A stretch of 59,989 bases of DNA, counting the filler, from Sphacelaria rigidula (lineage: Eukaryota), in assembly GCA_964200075.2 (NCBI GenBank). It is 8 parts of 8 records of this genome, joined end to end, with 100 filler letters (N's around TTAATTAATTAA, not from the genome) between each part and the next. Parts side by side here need not be neighbours in the genome. Positions count along the whole stretch, not along the records: positions 52,580 to 59,989 come from CAXNAA020015054.1; 7 more parts are not named here. The stretch is one strand, 5' to 3'. Numbering within the stretch: position 1 is the stretch's first letter; each line of letters opens with the position of its first letter. A program made the translations under genes and the position numbers. Under the pieces are notes generated by a model. The model made no database searches. It was not told the DNA's origin and saw nothing but the letters and a program-made list of their open reading frames with translations. Below are positions 58,627-59,989 of this stretch, in pieces.

Positions 58627-58809
58627 TACAAAAACAACACGGCTGCAGAGTTTCCGCAGCTGTCTTGAGCCTGATGTCCCGAAACGCCCCGACGTCATTG
58701 TTATCGAGAAGGATCGGTCCTCAAAAGCTGGTTATCAAAGGGTTGTCGTCAATCCAAGCAACCGCAGTAATGAACAGTACGGGCAGCAGCGGCCTCAAAA
58801 CGAATTTTT

Positions 58810-58968
58810 AAATTACCGACCAACCCGTACACACAATTAGTAACATGTGTGATTCCGACCAAAAGGAATGATGGTGACGCGATGCAGTCTAAATTCCCGG
58901 CCAACCCGTACACACAGTTAGTAACATGTGTGATCCCGACCAAACGGGATGATGGTGACGCGATGCAG
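58810..58968. repeat. 81-bp tandem duplication
   Basis: AAATT.CCG.CCAACCCGTACACACARTTAGTAACATGTGTGAT.CCGACCAAA.GG.ATGATGGTGACGCGATGCAG occurs twice. Confidence 0.93.
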
Positions 58969-59989
58969 GGAAAGCCACTATAGTGTGCGGGTAGGCCACA
59001 ACGGCGAACAACGTCTCATCACCACGAAGAGGTGCACTTCAGGGGAACAGATGCGTGGGGACCTCGGTGTAACAATTTAGGCACATATGGTGATGACAAT
59101 CGTTTATCGGTAAAAGCTCATGCGGTCAAAGTGGGGCACAGTACAAGCAGCAGAGTGGGAACTACGCGAGTGGGAAACTACGCGTAACTTTACATGCCGG
59201 TGTAAGAGGCATTACGCGCACATGAGGGCTAGACAGGCAGTGCGATAGCCAGCAGGGTACAACTACCCATGGGCGGTAAAGTAAAAAATCTCAACGCGTC
59301 AGGCGGGACAGTAACCGCAGCGCAGCAAAACAAAATCGGGACAGTAGCCGCCGAGCAGCAGAACAAAATTGCATTGTTCAATAGGCGGAATAGTAACCAC
59401 ACAGCAGGGCTCGTGCAATCTCGTTCGACCTTTATGCCTTTTATCAATTGTTTTGGCGAGGTTATTTCACTTTTGCTTTGAACGTCTGCCGTGGCGTGCT
59501 GATGAACCATCCTTGATGAACTCGTGCATAAAGCCGTTGGTGGCGCTCTGCTTGGGTTGTATGTAACGTAGTGCAATGCGGCGGGCAACAACGCAATACC
59601 ACGAACAGACAGGACGACAAAGCCTACCTAGTCCATGCTTACTCTTTACTGTTCCGCGTAATTGTAGTACAAGCATATCCTGGTGTAGTTGTTTTTGATT
59701 TGTGAACAATGAGTGCACGCAACTGTGAAGCAGCGCGGTTGTGTCGTTTCGTACTCGTGGAAAGGAGGGCGTCTGTTGCTGTGTGGATTTTCTCCCATTT
59801 GTGCAAGGCACACTATTTACCATATATAAGTCTAGTGACGCGAGAAAATGAACTCTCACGCCTCCCCACAAAAAAAAATTACGGAGGCGCATGCTACGCC
59901 TTTGGGGGTCATGCCGGAGTTGACTCTACACAAGCACCGATGGATACCATGTCATGGTTCGATACTCTAGCTGGGAATGGTGCCAGTTC

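Noticed and set aside
58102-58698. Poly-Cys/Leu/Val ORFs on the minus strand
   Set aside because: Antisense translations of the CAA/CAG microsatellite

Overview
Repeat-rich eukaryotic nuclear DNA (~50% GC, GT-AG introns with pyrimidine tracts). The composition and repeat style suggest a brown alga, but that is inference. The window is not one locus. It is eight contigs of 7412, 7412, 7411, 7411, 7411, 7411, 7411 and 7410 bp, joined by identical 100-bp spacers (N44-TTAATTAATTAA-N44), so it looks like length-sorted unplaced contigs and adjacency across spacers has no biological meaning. Well-supported content: a decayed APE-endonuclease/RT LINE (RTE/RTEX-like) with several 3'-end fragments; a ~480-bp SINE-like partner sharing the LINE 3' tail; two tRNA-headed SINE families sharing a central core; a six-exon Mutator (MULE+SWIM) transposase remnant joined to a vertnin-like OTU protease exon; a CAMK-type kinase pseudogene; MITE/foldback elements; a ~5-kb-period duplication; and many minisatellites. 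Moderately supported: one apparently intact two-exon orphan gene. Weakly supported: three decayed multi-exon genes of unknown family. The best candidate for something undescribed is the LINE/SINE system with no poly(A) tail that sits in poly(C) tracts and forms chains. No CRISPR, rRNA, bona fide tRNA or prokaryotic system was found.
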